Shown here piece after piece: positions 19,966-31,118 of a stretch of DNA of 64,000 nucleotides (positions are counted from its first letter, which is position 1; the number at the start of each line of letters is the position of its first letter). The translations under genes were made by a program, and so were the position numbers. The DNA comes from an uncultured Candidatus Actinomarinales bacterium (GTDB lineage: Bacteria > Actinomycetota > Acidimicrobiia > Actinomarinales > Actinomarinaceae). The notes below the pieces were generated by a model, which was not told the DNA's origin, did no database searches, and worked only from the letters and a program-made list of their open reading frames with translations. Where the stretch lies: positions 32,650 to 96,649 of the forward strand of contig CALSSQ010000001.1 in assembly GCA_943789065.1 (NCBI GenBank). Direction: 5' to 3'.

Positions 19966-21442
19966 GCTTATCTCCTAAGTTAGTTTTATTTACAAGCTCT
20001 TTAAAAGCTTCAGTAACAACTTTTCTTGTTTCGCTCGGTTTAATTATCTTATCTACTCAATCCAAGTTTTGCAGCAATATCTGGGTTACTAAATTTTTCA
20101 TTATATTCATCTACAAGCTGCTGCTTTTAACGACATCTTTATCAGCTAGCTTCTTTGATTTCTCGTTTATGAATTATATCTACTGCGCCTTCTGCTCCCA
20201 TCACTGCGATTTCAGCACTCGGCCATGCAAACAAGTTTATCAGCACCAAGTCCCATTGAGTCCATCACAATATATGCTCCACCGTATGCTTTTCTAACAA
20301 CAACACAAACTCTTGCGACCGTTGCTTCAGAATATGCATACAGCAACTTAGCACCACTTTTTATAATTCCACCATGCTCTTGTTCTACCCCTGGAAGAAA
20401 TCCTGGTACGTCTACAAGTGTTAGCAGAGGTATGTTGAAAGCGTCACAAAAACGGACAAATCTTGCAGCTTTTTCAGAAGCATTAATATCTAACACTCCT
20501 GCAACTTCTAATGGCTGGTTGCCTATTACTGCCAACAGTGTTGCCATTCATCCTTGCTAGTGTTGTGATGATATTCAATGCATAGTTTGCGTGTATGGGA
20601 TATTGTTCACCATCATCGACAATATTGTTAATGATGTCATTCATGTCATATGGTTGGTTCCTGTTTTCAGGAATAAAAGAATCTAATATATCAACATTTT
20701 TCTCTGTGTCATCCTCGGTAATAAATACTGGGTGGCTTTTGTTCAGCTGATTGGGGAAGGAAGCTTAAGAAGGTATCGTACCTCATCAAATGCCTGTTGC
20801 TCGTCTTCGCAAATTTGATGGCTTACACCGGAGAGTGTTCCGTGGGCTTCTATTCCTCCAAGCTCTTCAAAACTTACATCCTCTCCTGTTACTGTTTTAA
20901 CAACAGCTGGCCCTGTTACATAAAGTTGACCGATATCTTTTACCTGAAAAATGAAATCTGTTAGTGCGGGGCTGTACACAGCTCCACCGGCTGATGGTCC
21001 AACGATGACGGAAATCTGTGGAATTTTTCCGGAGGCCTGTACATTCTTTTTAAATATCTGTGCATATCCATATAGAGATGAAATTCCTTCTTGGATACGT
21101 GCACCGCCTGAATCTTTGATGCCAATAATTGGAGCTCTTGCTTCTAAAGCCAGATCCATAACTCGAAGAATTTTTTTAGCTACTATCTCACCTAAGCTTC
21201 CTCCCATAATGGAGAAATCTTCAGAATATATATAGACGGGCCTTCCATGAATTGTTCCAGAGCCAGTAATGACAGCTTCACCACTAGGATTTGCTTCAGA
21301 GGATACGTTCTCATCTATTTCACTGAAAGAATTCTCGTCTAGTACAAGATGTATTCTTTCATAGGCTGTTAATCTTACCCTTTGGGTGCTGAACCTTTTT
21401 AGCTCGTTCATCCCTTATTTCAGCTAAATTTTCGTCTGACAT
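19946..21442 (-). CDS. pccB: Acyl-CoA carboxylase carboxyltransferase beta subunit (several frameshifts, probably sequencing indels)
   Basis: Fragments 20743..21411 ([18 protein letters not shown]) and 20212..20547 ([15 protein letters not shown]); conserved C-terminus HGNIPL-stop at 19946; ATG at 21442. Confidence 0.85.
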
Positions 21443-21507
21443 GCCAGTCTTTCCTGTTTATTGTTAGTGTAAGTATTTGACCTATATATATGTAAAGAAG
21501 TAACACA

Positions 21508-22164
21508 ATGAAAGCAGTTTTTTTTGATTCTATAGACAATACGCAGGATTACGCGCTAGAGAATTTTGAACAAGAACCCCTCCTTGTAGTTAGTTATTTT
21601 CAAGAAAAAGGGAGAGGTACCGATAATAAAGATTGGGAAAATGCCGATCAAGCTCTTGCTTGTTCTTTGGTTTTTAATGAAGTACCTCAAGATTTTATAA
21701 AAACATTAATTCCCCTTATTTCAGGTTATTCATATCTGGAAACAGTAAGCAACATTGATCTACATCTGAAATGGCCAAATGATATCTTATTCAATGATGC
21801 GAAAGTTGGCGGTATTTTAGTTGAGGAGAAAGATAGTAAAATATGTATTGGAATGGGTATAAATTATTTTTGGGAGAATCCAAAATTACCCAATGCTTCA
21901 GGCATTTATACAGAAAAACTTGATGGTCAGATTTTGAATAATCATGCTCTAGATTGGGCAGAACTAACTCTAAATACCATTCAAAAAAACAGTTTTGACC
22001 TAAGTGAGTACAAGAAAAAACTAACAACCTTGAGAAAACTTATAGAGTATCCAGAAGGTCGAGGCTGGGCAAGAGATGTAAATTTTGATGGTTCTTTATC
22101 AGTTGAAACCATTTCAGGTGAGATGATTAATTTGACCTCACCCTTAATATCAGAAGTGAAGTAA
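21508..22164 (+). CDS. birA: Biotin-protein ligase (no HTH domain)
   Basis: QEKGRG, LKWPND, KVGGILVE, GMGIN; divergent from the carboxylase operon. Confidence 0.88.
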   Translation: MKAVFFDSIDNTQDYALENFEQEPLLVVSYFQEKGRGTDNKDWENADQALACSLVFNEVPQDFIKTLIPLISGYSYLETVSNIDLHLKWPNDILFNDAKVGGILVEEKDSKICIGMGINYFWENPKLPNASGIYTEKLDGQILNNHALDWAELTLNTIQKNSFDLSEYKKKLTTLRKLIEYPEGRGWARDVNFDGSLSVETISGEMINLTSPLISEVK

Positions 22165-22190
22165 GTATCATTATTAAAGGTGATTATTAA

Positions 22191-24310
22191 ATGAAACAGT
22201 TAGTCGTTGAAAGAAATAATCCGGTTCCTGTTATTTGGGATACACCAATTCCACAGCCAGGACCGAATGAAGTTCTTATAAAAAATTATTACTCTGTTGT
22301 ATCTTCCGGTACTGAATTAGCTGCAATTGAGTCTGCAAATAAAACAGTCACTGATAAGCTTCAGGATTCTTCAAATATCAGTAAAGGTTTAGATCTATTA
22401 AAAAAAGAGGGATTAGGTGCTGTCATTGAGGCTGTATTTCCAAAAAATGTATTGCCGCTACAGCTTGGCTACAGCTCTTGTGGAGAAGTAATTCAAGCAG
22501 GTAAAAATGTGAAAGACTTTCATGTTGGAGATAAAGTTGTTTCAAATGGTAGTCATGCAGAATATGTCGCAGTCAATCAAAATTTATGCTCTCGAATCCC
22601 CGACGATACTTCTGAAAAGGAAGCTGCCTTTACAGTACTGGGTAGCATTGCCTTACACGGTTTAAGGCTTTCAGATACAACACTTGGATCTAAAATAGTT
22701 GTTATTGGACTTGGGATTGTTGGACAGTTAGTTTGCAGACTAGCAGAAGCTCAAGGGTGTGAAGTCATTGGAGTTGATCCAGATGAAAAAAGAACTCTTG
22801 ATAGAAATAACTTTTATACTCTCTATTGATGATGCAATAAATGATAAATCTATTAATTCAGAAAATGTTGATGCTGTCATTATCACAGCAGCCTCCTCGA
22901 GTAACGAACCAATAGAGGTGGCAACACGTATTGCCAGAAATAAAGCAAAAATTGTAGTTGTAGGTGATATTCCACTTAATATCTCAAGAAATGATTTTTA
23001 CTATAAAGAACTAGAACTAGTAGTCTCTAAGTCATATGGACCCGGTAGATATGATAAGCAGTATGAAGTTCTCGGGAATGATTATCCCATAGAGCATGTT
23101 CGATGGACAGAAAACAGGAATTTTTCAGCTTTCTTACAACTTTTACAAACAAATCAAATTTCTCTATCAGACATGATTACTGAGGAAATAGATTTTATTG
23201 ATGCACCTTCTATATATGAAAAATTTGAATCAGATGAAAAACCATTATCAATTGTTCTTAGGTATGAACTTCACTAATGAACCAAAGCTTGATTTTGAAA
23301 AGACAGACACATCTACACCATCGTCTAATGGAAAAATTAAATTAGGAGTTATAGGAGCAGGTAATTTTGCTTCTACAACAATTCTCCCAATCCTACGTGA
23401 CCTAAAACGAGAGTGTGAAGTTATTGGCGTTGCCTCTTCAGGTGGATTAAGTGCAGAAGTACTCTCTAGAAATTTTAAGATCGACAACAAATATTCTACT
23501 GAGAGTGAGATTATTGATTCTCAAGAGATTGATGCAGTATTTATTTTGACTCAGCATCATAATCATGCAGAGCTAGTTATTAAAGCTGTTAATGCCGGTA
23601 AAGCAGTGTATGTCGAAAAACCTTTAGCTTTAGAAGTTGAGTCTTTAGTTAAGATCGAAGAAGCAATGTACAATGCAGAAAATGCAAAAATATTTGTAGG
23701 TTTTAACAGGAGATTTGCTGAAGCAACTCAGTTTGTAAAATCAAAACTTAACAGTACCCCAGCTAACAGCATTAATTTCCGTTTTAGTGTTCCTGCTTTA
23801 GACAAAGATCACTGGACGAACATTAAAGAAATCGGAGGAGGAAGAATAGTTGGTGAAGCAGTTCATGCAATTGACTTAGCTTCATATCTTTTTGATTCAC
23901 TTCCACAAAGTATTTCAGCATCATCACCTTTGGATAAAGAGAATGATGTTGCATTGGATAACCAAGTATTTATCAATATTAACTTTGCTAATGGCTCCCA
24001 TGCTGCAATCCAATATTTCAGTGAAACAAATCAATCACTGGCTAAAGAGAGAATAGAAATTCATGGCGGTGGAAATTCTTACATAATGGAAGACTTCCAC
24101 ATGCTTCGATACTTAGAACAGTCAGATGATAAAAGTAAGGTTTTCTCAAAAGGTAAAGGGCATAAGGAGTCAATACAGACATTTCTTACATACGTAAAAG
24201 GTGAGTCAAATAATCCATATACATGGCTTGAATTAAAATCTGTTGCTAAGGCAGCTATATATTCTCAGAATTATATGAATTCTGGATCTCAACACAGTAT
24301 TTTTTCATAG
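22191..24310 (+). CDS. Bi-domain oxidoreductase (Zn-binding-type dehydrogenase plus Gfo/Idh/MocA), split by two frameshifts
   Basis: Consecutive overlapping ORFs: VSSGTE/LGYSSCG/GLGIVG; SYGPGRYD..YVRWTENRN-like; GAGNF, VYVEKPLA, GFNRRF. Confidence 0.8.
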
Positions 24311-24312
24311 AT

Positions 24313-25836
24313 ATGAAAAAAGTCACACTATTAGTATTTCTACTTTTAGCTGCATGTTCTTCTGACTCCGAAAACATAGATACCTCTAGTGCAGAAATTG
24401 AGTCTGAAGAGGTTGCTGAATTAAAACTTGATGAGGATTCATCTAATGGAGTGAGGTTCCTTGAGTTTCCAGGCGATATAGACATTGACTATTTCTTTCC
24501 GTGTATAGACCAGAAAGGTTTAAATGCCATACCTGCTCCTCAACAAATTAATGACAAAATACGCATTGAATTTGATGAAGGTTATGACCAAGAATATATA
24601 GATTCATTTGAAGTAGCTTTTAATGAGTGTGCAGAGGAGCAAAGTGGTTCAAACGTAGCTACTGATGAATCAGATAACACAGAAACAAATGAAAAACAAA
24701 AATCAAAAAATATTGAGGTCAATCAAAATCTAGAATGCAAAAAAGCATTTTACTCAGACCGTCCAGAACCTGTAAAAGAGGATGGAGCATTTTTTTATTA
24801 CAAGTATTACTGGCAAGGACAAGAGAGAATTTGTTATAACTATTATGAAGCGGAAATAATTGATGATGATCTTGAAAACCAAGTAAAACTTTTATTTAAT
24901 GGGATTAGTGAGGAACTGGGATTGTATGTACCAATCAATTTAACATTGGTTGATCAAAACAGAGCGTCTTCAGAAACACTACGACAAATTAATATTGATG
25001 ATTGTAAAATATACGACTTTCGCAGAGCAGAGGACATTGAAGAATGTGCTGACATGCAAGATGCTTGGGGAAACAGGTTTGCAGCTGCTGGGGTTGGCTG
25101 GAGTTCAACAGCAAATGGTGGAAACGTTGCTCTCTTTGTAGACAATTGGGAAAACTATGGTTACCAAGATGCAATTAAAGTATTTGCTCATGAATATTTT
25201 CATGTCCACCAACACGGATTGTTATATTATTTTGAAGATGAAAAGCTCTTCGGCATTCCAAAAGCATGGTTGAACGATCCGGAGGGAACGATTTTTAAGG
25301 ACCAGCCAACAAAAACTTATAAAATGCCTGGATGGATAGAAGAAGGAGGAGCCGAGTTTGCTGGACCAATCCTGGCAACACAATATGATAATTCCATCGA
25401 TGCAAGAAAGTTATTTGAAGCTAGCTTAGATGAAGCAAAAGGAGTGATCTCCACTGCAGCAAGTAATGGTGATACAGTATCCTTAAGGGATTATGAATTT
25501 GCAGGATACCTTTATGAGTCTGAAGACAATCCTAATAATGGAATAGCTCGTGAGTTCGCCTATCAATATACTGGTGGACAGTGGGCACATCTTTATCTTT
25601 GGTCATTAGATGATGCTAATTATGAAAAACTTATGATTGAATATTATAGAAACTGGGCTGAAAATGAAAGCAAAAATCCAGGTGAAGGATGGAGAACAAC
25701 TTTCGAAGATCTATTCGACATGACAGTAGATGATTTTTACAGAGATTTTGATGCATTTATGTTAATGGACAAATCAGTACAGATGAGTATTCTTCCATCT
25801 AACGAAGAGATGCAAAATAGAAAAGTGTCCAAATAA
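24313..25836 (+). CDS. Lipoprotein with HExxH...EG gluzincin-like motif
   Basis: Canonical lipobox LAAC; FAHEYFHVHQ followed by WIEEGGAEF. Confidence 0.75.
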   Translation: MKKVTLLVFLLLAACSSDSENIDTSSAEIESEEVAELKLDEDSSNGVRFLEFPGDIDIDYFFPCIDQKGLNAIPAPQQINDKIRIEFDEGYDQEYIDSFEVAFNECAEEQSGSNVATDESDNTETNEKQKSKNIEVNQNLECKKAFYSDRPEPVKEDGAFFYYKYYWQGQERICYNYYEAEIIDDDLENQVKLLFNGISEELGLYVPINLTLVDQNRASSETLRQINIDDCKIYDFRRAEDIEECADMQDAWGNRFAAAGVGWSSTANGGNVALFVDNWENYGYQDAIKVFAHEYFHVHQHGLLYYFEDEKLFGIPKAWLNDPEGTIFKDQPTKTYKMPGWIEEGGAEFAGPILATQYDNSIDARKLFEASLDEAKGVISTAASNGDTVSLRDYEFAGYLYESEDNPNNGIAREFAYQYTGGQWAHLYLWSLDDANYEKLMIEYYRNWAENESKNPGEGWRTTFEDLFDMTVDDFYRDFDAFMLMDKSVQMSILPSNEEMQNRKVSK

Positions 25837-25839
25837 CAT

Positions 25840-26118
25840 ATGAAACTAGATGGAACAGATTTTCAAGTTTTAGTCTGGAAAGAACTTCTTAAAATTCCAT
25901 CAGGGAAAACTAAAACGTACAAAGAGATAGCAATAGCAATTGGCAGACCAAATAGTTCCAGAGCTGTAGCTAATGCTTGTGCTCAAAATCCTTATGCACC
26001 AGAAGTTCCATGTCATAGAGTTTTACGTTCAGATGGGTCCCTAGGTGGGTATAGTGCTGAAGGGGGCATTGAGCGTAAACGTGAATTGCTTGAAAGTGAA
26101 TCTAAAACAACTACCTAA
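25840..26118 (+). CDS. ogt: O6-methylguanine-DNA methyltransferase (single-domain)
   Basis: FQVLVW, SRAVANAC..NP, active-site PCHRV, LGGY. Confidence 0.88.
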   Translation: MKLDGTDFQVLVWKELLKIPSGKTKTYKEIAIAIGRPNSSRAVANACAQNPYAPEVPCHRVLRSDGSLGGYSAEGGIERKRELLESESKTTT

Positions 26119-26127
26119 AATTATCTT

Positions 26128-26568
26128 TTATTTATATCGCTCATAACACTCAATATAAACTTCCGGTGTAATTGTTTTTATAACTTTAGAAACAGTCTTT
26201 TCGGGAAATAACTCAACTTTTTTAAAACGTAAACATGATTTACCCATATCTAATTTTCCTACCTCATCTACTACATCTTTAGAAAAAGATTCATACAGCT
26301 CTTTGTCACAATAAACTCCATGTAAATAAAGTGCAAAATGATGCTTCTGTGCCGCTAGAGACATGACGCTCAAAGGTTTCTTATTATATGTTTTTGGATA
26401 GGTTGAAAGAGGTAGTTCATAATTAATCATTCCCCAGTCCATCGTTTCTTTTATTCCTTTTGGTAGACTCTCAAGAATTAATTTTCGGACATATCTGATC
26501 ACTTTAGCTTTTTCACTTTCGAGTTCATTTATGTATTGTTGAACTGTTGTCGCTGAAGAACTAACCAT
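26128..26568 (-). CDS. DUF1801/YdhG-like protein
   Basis: WGMINYE, LAAQKHHFALY, DMGKSCLRFK. Confidence 0.75.
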   Translation of the reverse strand: MVSSSATTVQQYINELESEKAKVIRYVRKLILESLPKGIKETMDWGMINYELPLSTYPKTYNKKPLSVMSLAAQKHHFALYLHGVYCDKELYESFSKDVVDEVGKLDMGKSCLRFKKVELFPEKTVSKVIKTITPEVYIECYERYK

Positions 26569-26734
26569 TTTTATTAACCAAACTAATAAAACCTAAGACA
26601 GAACTTGAAATGAATGAAAATAAAAAGAAATAATTTACAAAAATATTAGAGTTTTCAAATACATACATCAAAGGGTAAGAGGTGTATGCTGTTGCAAAAT
26701 AAATGAAGGGATTAAGTGTTAGTAATTTTTTCAT
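26561..26734 (-). CDS. Small membrane protein, 57 aa (not in the ORF track)
   Basis: MKKLLTLNPFIYFATAYTSYPLMYVFENSNIFVNYFFLFSFISSSVLGFISLVNKNG; ATGA overlap with the upstream ORF. Confidence 0.5.
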   Translation of the reverse strand: MKKLLTLNPFIYFATAYTSYPLMYVFENSNIFVNYFFLFSFISSSVLGFISLVNKNG

Positions 26735-26826
26735 TTTTTATATAATTGATAGATAATGATGGGAATAATAATAAACATTATCTCCCAAGTGTCCCATATA
26801 CGTTCTAATTCTTCAATAAAACTCAT
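26731..26826 (-). CDS. Small membrane protein, 31 aa (not in the ORF track)
   Basis: MSFIEELERIWDTWEIMFIIIPIIIYQLYKK; ATGA overlaps at both ends. Confidence 0.5.
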   Translation of the reverse strand: MSFIEELERIWDTWEIMFIIIPIIIYQLYKK

Positions 26827-27011
26827 TTTGTTCTATTCTGTAAAAATTTCTTCCCAAAAAGAATCCACAAGAAAAAGACAATCCAGAAAATTGGGAATGC
26901 AATAGATTCTTCAATCCCATTAAGGCTTAGTATCATTTCGACAAAAAAAAGCACCATAATCAGAACTGCTATGAAAGTTAGATACTTTATATTGATTGAC
27001 GCTCTCATCAC
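26823..27011 (-). CDS. Small two-helix membrane protein
   Basis: 62 aa with two hydrophobic segments; TACTAT -10-like box upstream. Confidence 0.55.
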   Translation of the reverse strand: MMRASINIKYLTFIAVLIMVLFFVEMILSLNGIEESIAFPIFWIVFFLWILFGKKFLQNRTK

Positions 27012-27029
27012 TCTTATAGTAATTGAAAA

Positions 27030-27914
27030 TTAAAGAGTAATACCAAATTGTTTTTTAACACTGATGCTAATTAAGTAAAAAGAGCTTGAACAAAGTATGA
27101 ACCCAAAAGTAGGTGGCATAAGGTTCCATAAATTTGTACCCCCTAAATAACTTCCATAAGTGATTGCATCGTAAATCATCATCCCCCAGTTAGGAGTCCA
27201 TCCAACTTGCCCAAAAAATGAAGCAAATCCATATGCAACTATTCCACTTGTTGTCACAGAAAGCATAAGTGCAACTGAGTAGGGAATAATTAAAGGAAGT
27301 ATATGTTTTAGTGCAATTTGAAGTTCGCTAGCACCAATAACTCTTGACGCATTTAAAAACTCTGAGTTTATAAGTTCTTTAACTCTTGTACTGATAACTA
27401 AGTAACAAACTCCCAGTCCCCCCAGTAATCCATAAATAAAACCAACCATTTCAGGGCTGAGCTTTTCTAAAAAATCACCTGTACCAAGAATAAGTAAAAC
27501 TATTGGAGGTGATATCAGAACTAAGCCTGATGAGAATTCTCTTAATAACAAATCAAATCGCTTGAAAAGAAATGGCACAAAAGTACCGACTATAAGACTT
27601 GATATGAGCCCGGTTATGAATGAGATAATAGAGAGCTTAATTAAGGGTTCTGAACCAGCTAAAAACATACTCAGAACATCTCTTCCAAGCGGATCTGTTC
27701 CTAGTAAGTGTGTTCCTGAAGGTGTAACGGGATGAGGAAATACAGACAAATCGAATCCAACAATAGGATCGTAAATATTCACCGGCCAAACAGTTTTAAG
27801 TAAGAGTATATGAGCAAGGGAACCTGTCATTAGTAGCAATAAAAATAGATAGCCTAATTTTCCATGGTAGGTTTTATAAGTACTTCGTAATATAAGTCTA
27901 AACATTACGAGCAC
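27030..27914 (-). CDS. ABC transporter permease, DppC/OppC-like
   Basis: HLLGTDPLGRDVLS, EAA-like EFLNASRVIGAS..HILP, PNWGMMI. Confidence 0.85.
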   Translation of the reverse strand: MLVMFRLILRSTYKTYHGKLGYLFLLLLMTGSLAHILLLKTVWPVNIYDPIVGFDLSVFPHPVTPSGTHLLGTDPLGRDVLSMFLAGSEPLIKLSIISFITGLISSLIVGTFVPFLFKRFDLLLREFSSGLVLISPPIVLLILGTGDFLEKLSPEMVGFIYGLLGGLGVCYLVISTRVKELINSEFLNASRVIGASELQIALKHILPLIIPYSVALMLSVTTSGIVAYGFASFFGQVGWTPNWGMMIYDAITYGSYLGGTNLWNLMPPTFGFILCSSSFYLISISVKKQFGITL

Positions 27915-29037
27915 CTCGTAATTGTGGATTGAACACTACTTGAGAGAAAGTAATCATTAGGCGTAATGTGGCTGTAAGAATTGCTAGTAAAAACAAAATA
28001 GCCATTGCTGCATTTGAATCCTGGCTCATAATTACTCTATATAACATTGAACCCATACCGCCCCATCCCGTAGTGGATTCTACAATTACTAAAGATGCGA
28101 TAGTGTAGGGAAGATTAATTGCAATCCTTGTAGCAAAAGGGAAAAAAGAATTCCTTATAATGTGATCTTTAAATATCTTATGATTTGAATAACCAATCGC
28201 TGCTGCAGTCATAATATGATCTTCTTTTGAAATATTTTGAACAATAATATTGTTGAATAAAATAAATTCTCCAATAAGCAAGATGGTGAGTATGCCGATT
28301 GTTATGAATGCATTTTTTGAATAATACAACATAGCAACAACTTCCTGACTCTCAAAAAAGAGAAAAATAATTATAAGCAAGGAGGCTGCAATCATGAATT
28401 TCTTCAAAGGTATATTTATTAATGCAATAACTTCAAAGAAACTAACAATAATCAATGAGCATGCGACTATAAAAATAAGAAAGCCCAAACCAAGTTTCAT
28501 TTCGCTAAAGAGCAGTAGTTCACTTGAGGTTCCTGTAATATCAAATCGGTCAAATAAGCTTCTGAATGTATTCTCAAGTCTTTCGCCGATAAGGAAATAA
28601 ATAATCGGAGGAAATAGACTTATTAATAAAATCCCGAAAGTGTCACTAAAGATTTTTTCCTTTCCCAGCCGTTTTACACTTGTTTTTAATGCTGGAATTC
28701 TTGATAGATAAATCGAGATAATGAAAGATGGGATTAGCACATGTAATGTAGGAAATACTGTATCAAGAACACTCTTACTTGAACGCTGCCTAAAACCCCC
28801 AGGAGTAATTTCACCGCTGAAGACACTTTGTATCCATCTGTAATATTGTTGAATTAATGGGTCGTTTGCGCCTAAGGTTTCACGCAGAGCATCGAGTTCC
28901 TCTTGAGACATCATTAACCTCAGTGGCGTCAAGAAATCACCAGGAATCAAAATATTAATTCCATAAAACATAATAAGTAAAAATATGAATATCGAAACAA
29001 CGGAGGTAAATAAATTACGAAGAAAAAATTTAAGCAT
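27898..29037 (-). CDS. ABC transporter permease, DppB/OppB-like
   Basis: ILIPGD, LGANDPLIQQYYRW, EDHIMTAAAIG..HIIRN, VESTTGWGGMG. Confidence 0.82.
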   Translation of the reverse strand: MLKFFLRNLFTSVVSIFIFLLIMFYGINILIPGDFLTPLRLMMSQEELDALRETLGANDPLIQQYYRWIQSVFSGEITPGGFRQRSSKSVLDTVFPTLHVLIPSFIISIYLSRIPALKTSVKRLGKEKIFSDTFGILLISLFPPIIYFLIGERLENTFRSLFDRFDITGTSSELLLFSEMKLGLGFLIFIVACSLIIVSFFEVIALINIPLKKFMIAASLLIIIFLFFESQEVVAMLYYSKNAFITIGILTILLIGEFILFNNIIVQNISKEDHIMTAAAIGYSNHKIFKDHIIRNSFFPFATRIAINLPYTIASLVIVESTTGWGGMGSMLYRVIMSQDSNAAMAILFLLAILTATLRLMITFSQVVFNPQLRGARNV

Positions 29038-29104
29038 TTTATTAGTTTAGTTCAGAAGTAAATTTCATTAGAGAACTCCCAGTTTTATAACTTAAGTACC
29101 ATAA

Positions 29105-30502
29105 GTGGACATGGATTTTTTTGATATAGTAATTATTGGTTTATCAGCTGGAACCTTATTTTTCCAACGTTTTTCTTCGCTGACGCAGAGAATACTCCTC
29201 AGCACTTTTTTTATAACAATTATCACTCATATTATTTTTGTTGGCGTGAGGTGGCAGTACTACTTAATTTATGCGCTTTTTATTACTAAATCAATAATTA
29301 CAATATTTGAATATAGAAGTACAAAGAAATTTATAAGAGCACTAATCTCCATCAAAACTATTTCATTCGTGATTATTTCAGCTGGGTTACTTTATATCTT
29401 TCCTGTTCCTACTTTTGGGACAGGCGGCGATGCACTTTACTCAGTTGGGTATAGTGAAGAGCTCTTAATAATTGATGATAGAAATAATCCAACTGAGTTT
29501 GTAGAACTTAGCAATCTCAAAGAAAATTCAAAAAGAGAATTGTTAGTAGACGTTTATTATCCAAGTGATGAAGAGATTTCTTCAAATCAGATATTTAGAA
29601 GTAAAGAAGGTAATTGGGGAACTTACATTGTTAGATATTTAAATAGGACATGGGGGCTTAGTCTTCCAGAGTTTATACTCCAACATTTAAAACTTTCACA
29701 GTTTGAAGTCCAACAAAATCTTATACCTGTTGAGAATAAAAAGTTCCCAGTTCTTATTTACTCCCATGGGTGGGCAGGTGAAAAAATATTTGCTTCAGAT
29801 CAACTAATACACTTAGCTTCCAAGGGTTATGTTATCTTCTCTATTGACCATACAGGTTTAGCAATGTTTACAAATTTACCATCTGGAATAATTTTTAATA
29901 CAGGCTCCACCGAAAATTCATCCAACATTCATAGTGTTATGTATGAGATGAAGAATGATATTGAAGACACTATGAATCATTTTATAAACTTAAGCAGTGT
30001 GGAGTTACCCATCACAAATATTGTTAGAGCAACAGCAGATTTTACTAACGTTTCTACAATGGCGCACTCTACAGGAGCAGGGGCTGTAGTTGAGTTCTGT
30101 GCTGTGAACACTTGTCAAAATATGATCCTACAAGATCCTTTTTTAACGCCTTTTGTCGATGCAGGAAAAGAGATTCAGCTGAGAAATAAAACAGATGTTA
30201 TATACAGCGAGGACTGGTTCAATGGATATACAGATTCTGAAGAGTTAACTGAGATTGAGCTTTATAGAACTCTGTTATCTAAACAAGATGTTGAAATTCA
30301 TGGGTATTACTTAAAAGATTCTAAGCATTATGACTTTGTTGCCTTTGGTTCAATCAGTTCTTTAACAAAATATACTTTTCTCAAAGGTGCTATAAATTAT
30401 GAAGATTCGTTAAATGTTAATAATTATTTTAATAGTTCAGCCTTAAAGGGTGAGATTCCTAATGAGGAGTATTCACCATACTTAGTATCTATTGACCAAT
30501 AA
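29105..30502 (+). CDS. Membrane-anchored alpha/beta hydrolase (PAF-acetylhydrolase-like)
   Basis: N-terminal TM helices, RELLVDVYYP, PVLIYSHG, LASKGY, nucleophile AHSTG, KHYDF. Confidence 0.75.
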   Translation: MDMDFFDIVIIGLSAGTLFFQRFSSLTQRILLSTFFITIITHIIFVGVRWQYYLIYALFITKSIITIFEYRSTKKFIRALISIKTISFVIISAGLLYIFPVPTFGTGGDALYSVGYSEELLIIDDRNNPTEFVELSNLKENSKRELLVDVYYPSDEEISSNQIFRSKEGNWGTYIVRYLNRTWGLSLPEFILQHLKLSQFEVQQNLIPVENKKFPVLIYSHGWAGEKIFASDQLIHLASKGYVIFSIDHTGLAMFTNLPSGIIFNTGSTENSSNIHSVMYEMKNDIEDTMNHFINLSSVELPITNIVRATADFTNVSTMAHSTGAGAVVEFCAVNTCQNMILQDPFLTPFVDAGKEIQLRNKTDVIYSEDWFNGYTDSEELTEIELYRTLLSKQDVEIHGYYLKDSKHYDFVAFGSISSLTKYTFLKGAINYEDSLNVNNYFNSSALKGEIPNEEYSPYLVSIDQ

Positions 30503-30511
30503 GAGCTTTAA

Positions 30512-31006
30512 GTGAAATACAAACAGTCTATTCGTGTTGTTAAGCAAATTAATACCACAGAGGAAGAGCTATGGGATGTCATAAGTCAACCAGGTCACTT
30601 AGAGTTAACACATCCTTTTTCAAGAAGCCATTCGGTGATATCGTGGCCTGGAGTTGGGTCAAAGGATGTTTTAATATATCTAAGTGGTCTACGGTATGAG
30701 AGATATTTTACTGATTGGAATGAAGGTAAGGGCTATACATTGCAAATTGGAGGAAGAGAGGGGAAAAAATCAAAGGTCATTTGGGAGATATCTTCAGATG
30801 AAAATAATATATTCCTTTCGATAACGATTTACCCCCATTTCTTAGCTAATACAGCAAGATTTTTTAGCTTTCTACCCTATAAGCTATTGATCAGACCAAA
30901 GTTAACAACTTATTTACATTCAGTACTGGGAGGAATAAATTACTACATTATTGAAAAAGAATCAGTACCAAAAAACCACTTTGGCACGCACAAATGGTTT
31001 TCTTAA
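30512..31006 (+). CDS. SRPBCC/START-like protein
   Basis: EELWDVISQPGHL pattern typical of an SRPBCC N-terminus. Confidence 0.55.
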   Translation: MKYKQSIRVVKQINTTEEELWDVISQPGHLELTHPFSRSHSVISWPGVGSKDVLIYLSGLRYERYFTDWNEGKGYTLQIGGREGKKSKVIWEISSDENNIFLSITIYPHFLANTARFFSFLPYKLLIRPKLTTYLHSVLGGINYYIIEKESVPKNHFGTHKWFS

Positions 31007-31013
31007 AGAAGGC

Positions 31014-31094
31014 TTACAATGAAAGAGATAGAAGCCCAAAGATAAGTGGTATCAGTAATAGAAATCCTAGTAACAATATTCTTTTTGCATTCAT
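31014..31094 (-). CDS. Putative 26-aa single-helix microprotein
   Basis: MNAKRILLLGFLLLIPLIFGLLSLSL; TACACT box 7 nt upstream of the ATG. Confidence 0.35.
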   Translation of the reverse strand: MNAKRILLLGFLLLIPLIFGLLSLSL

Positions 31095-31118
31095 AATTTA
31101 AAGTGTATCATTGAATCT

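Noticed and set aside
19946-23280. Frameshifts in pccB/accD and the bi-domain oxidoreductase as pseudogenisation or programmed frameshifting
   Set aside because: Indels are clustered, hit a gene needed for fatty-acid synthesis, and leave the motifs intact; sequencing or consensus error is the simpler explanation. Raw reads would settle it.
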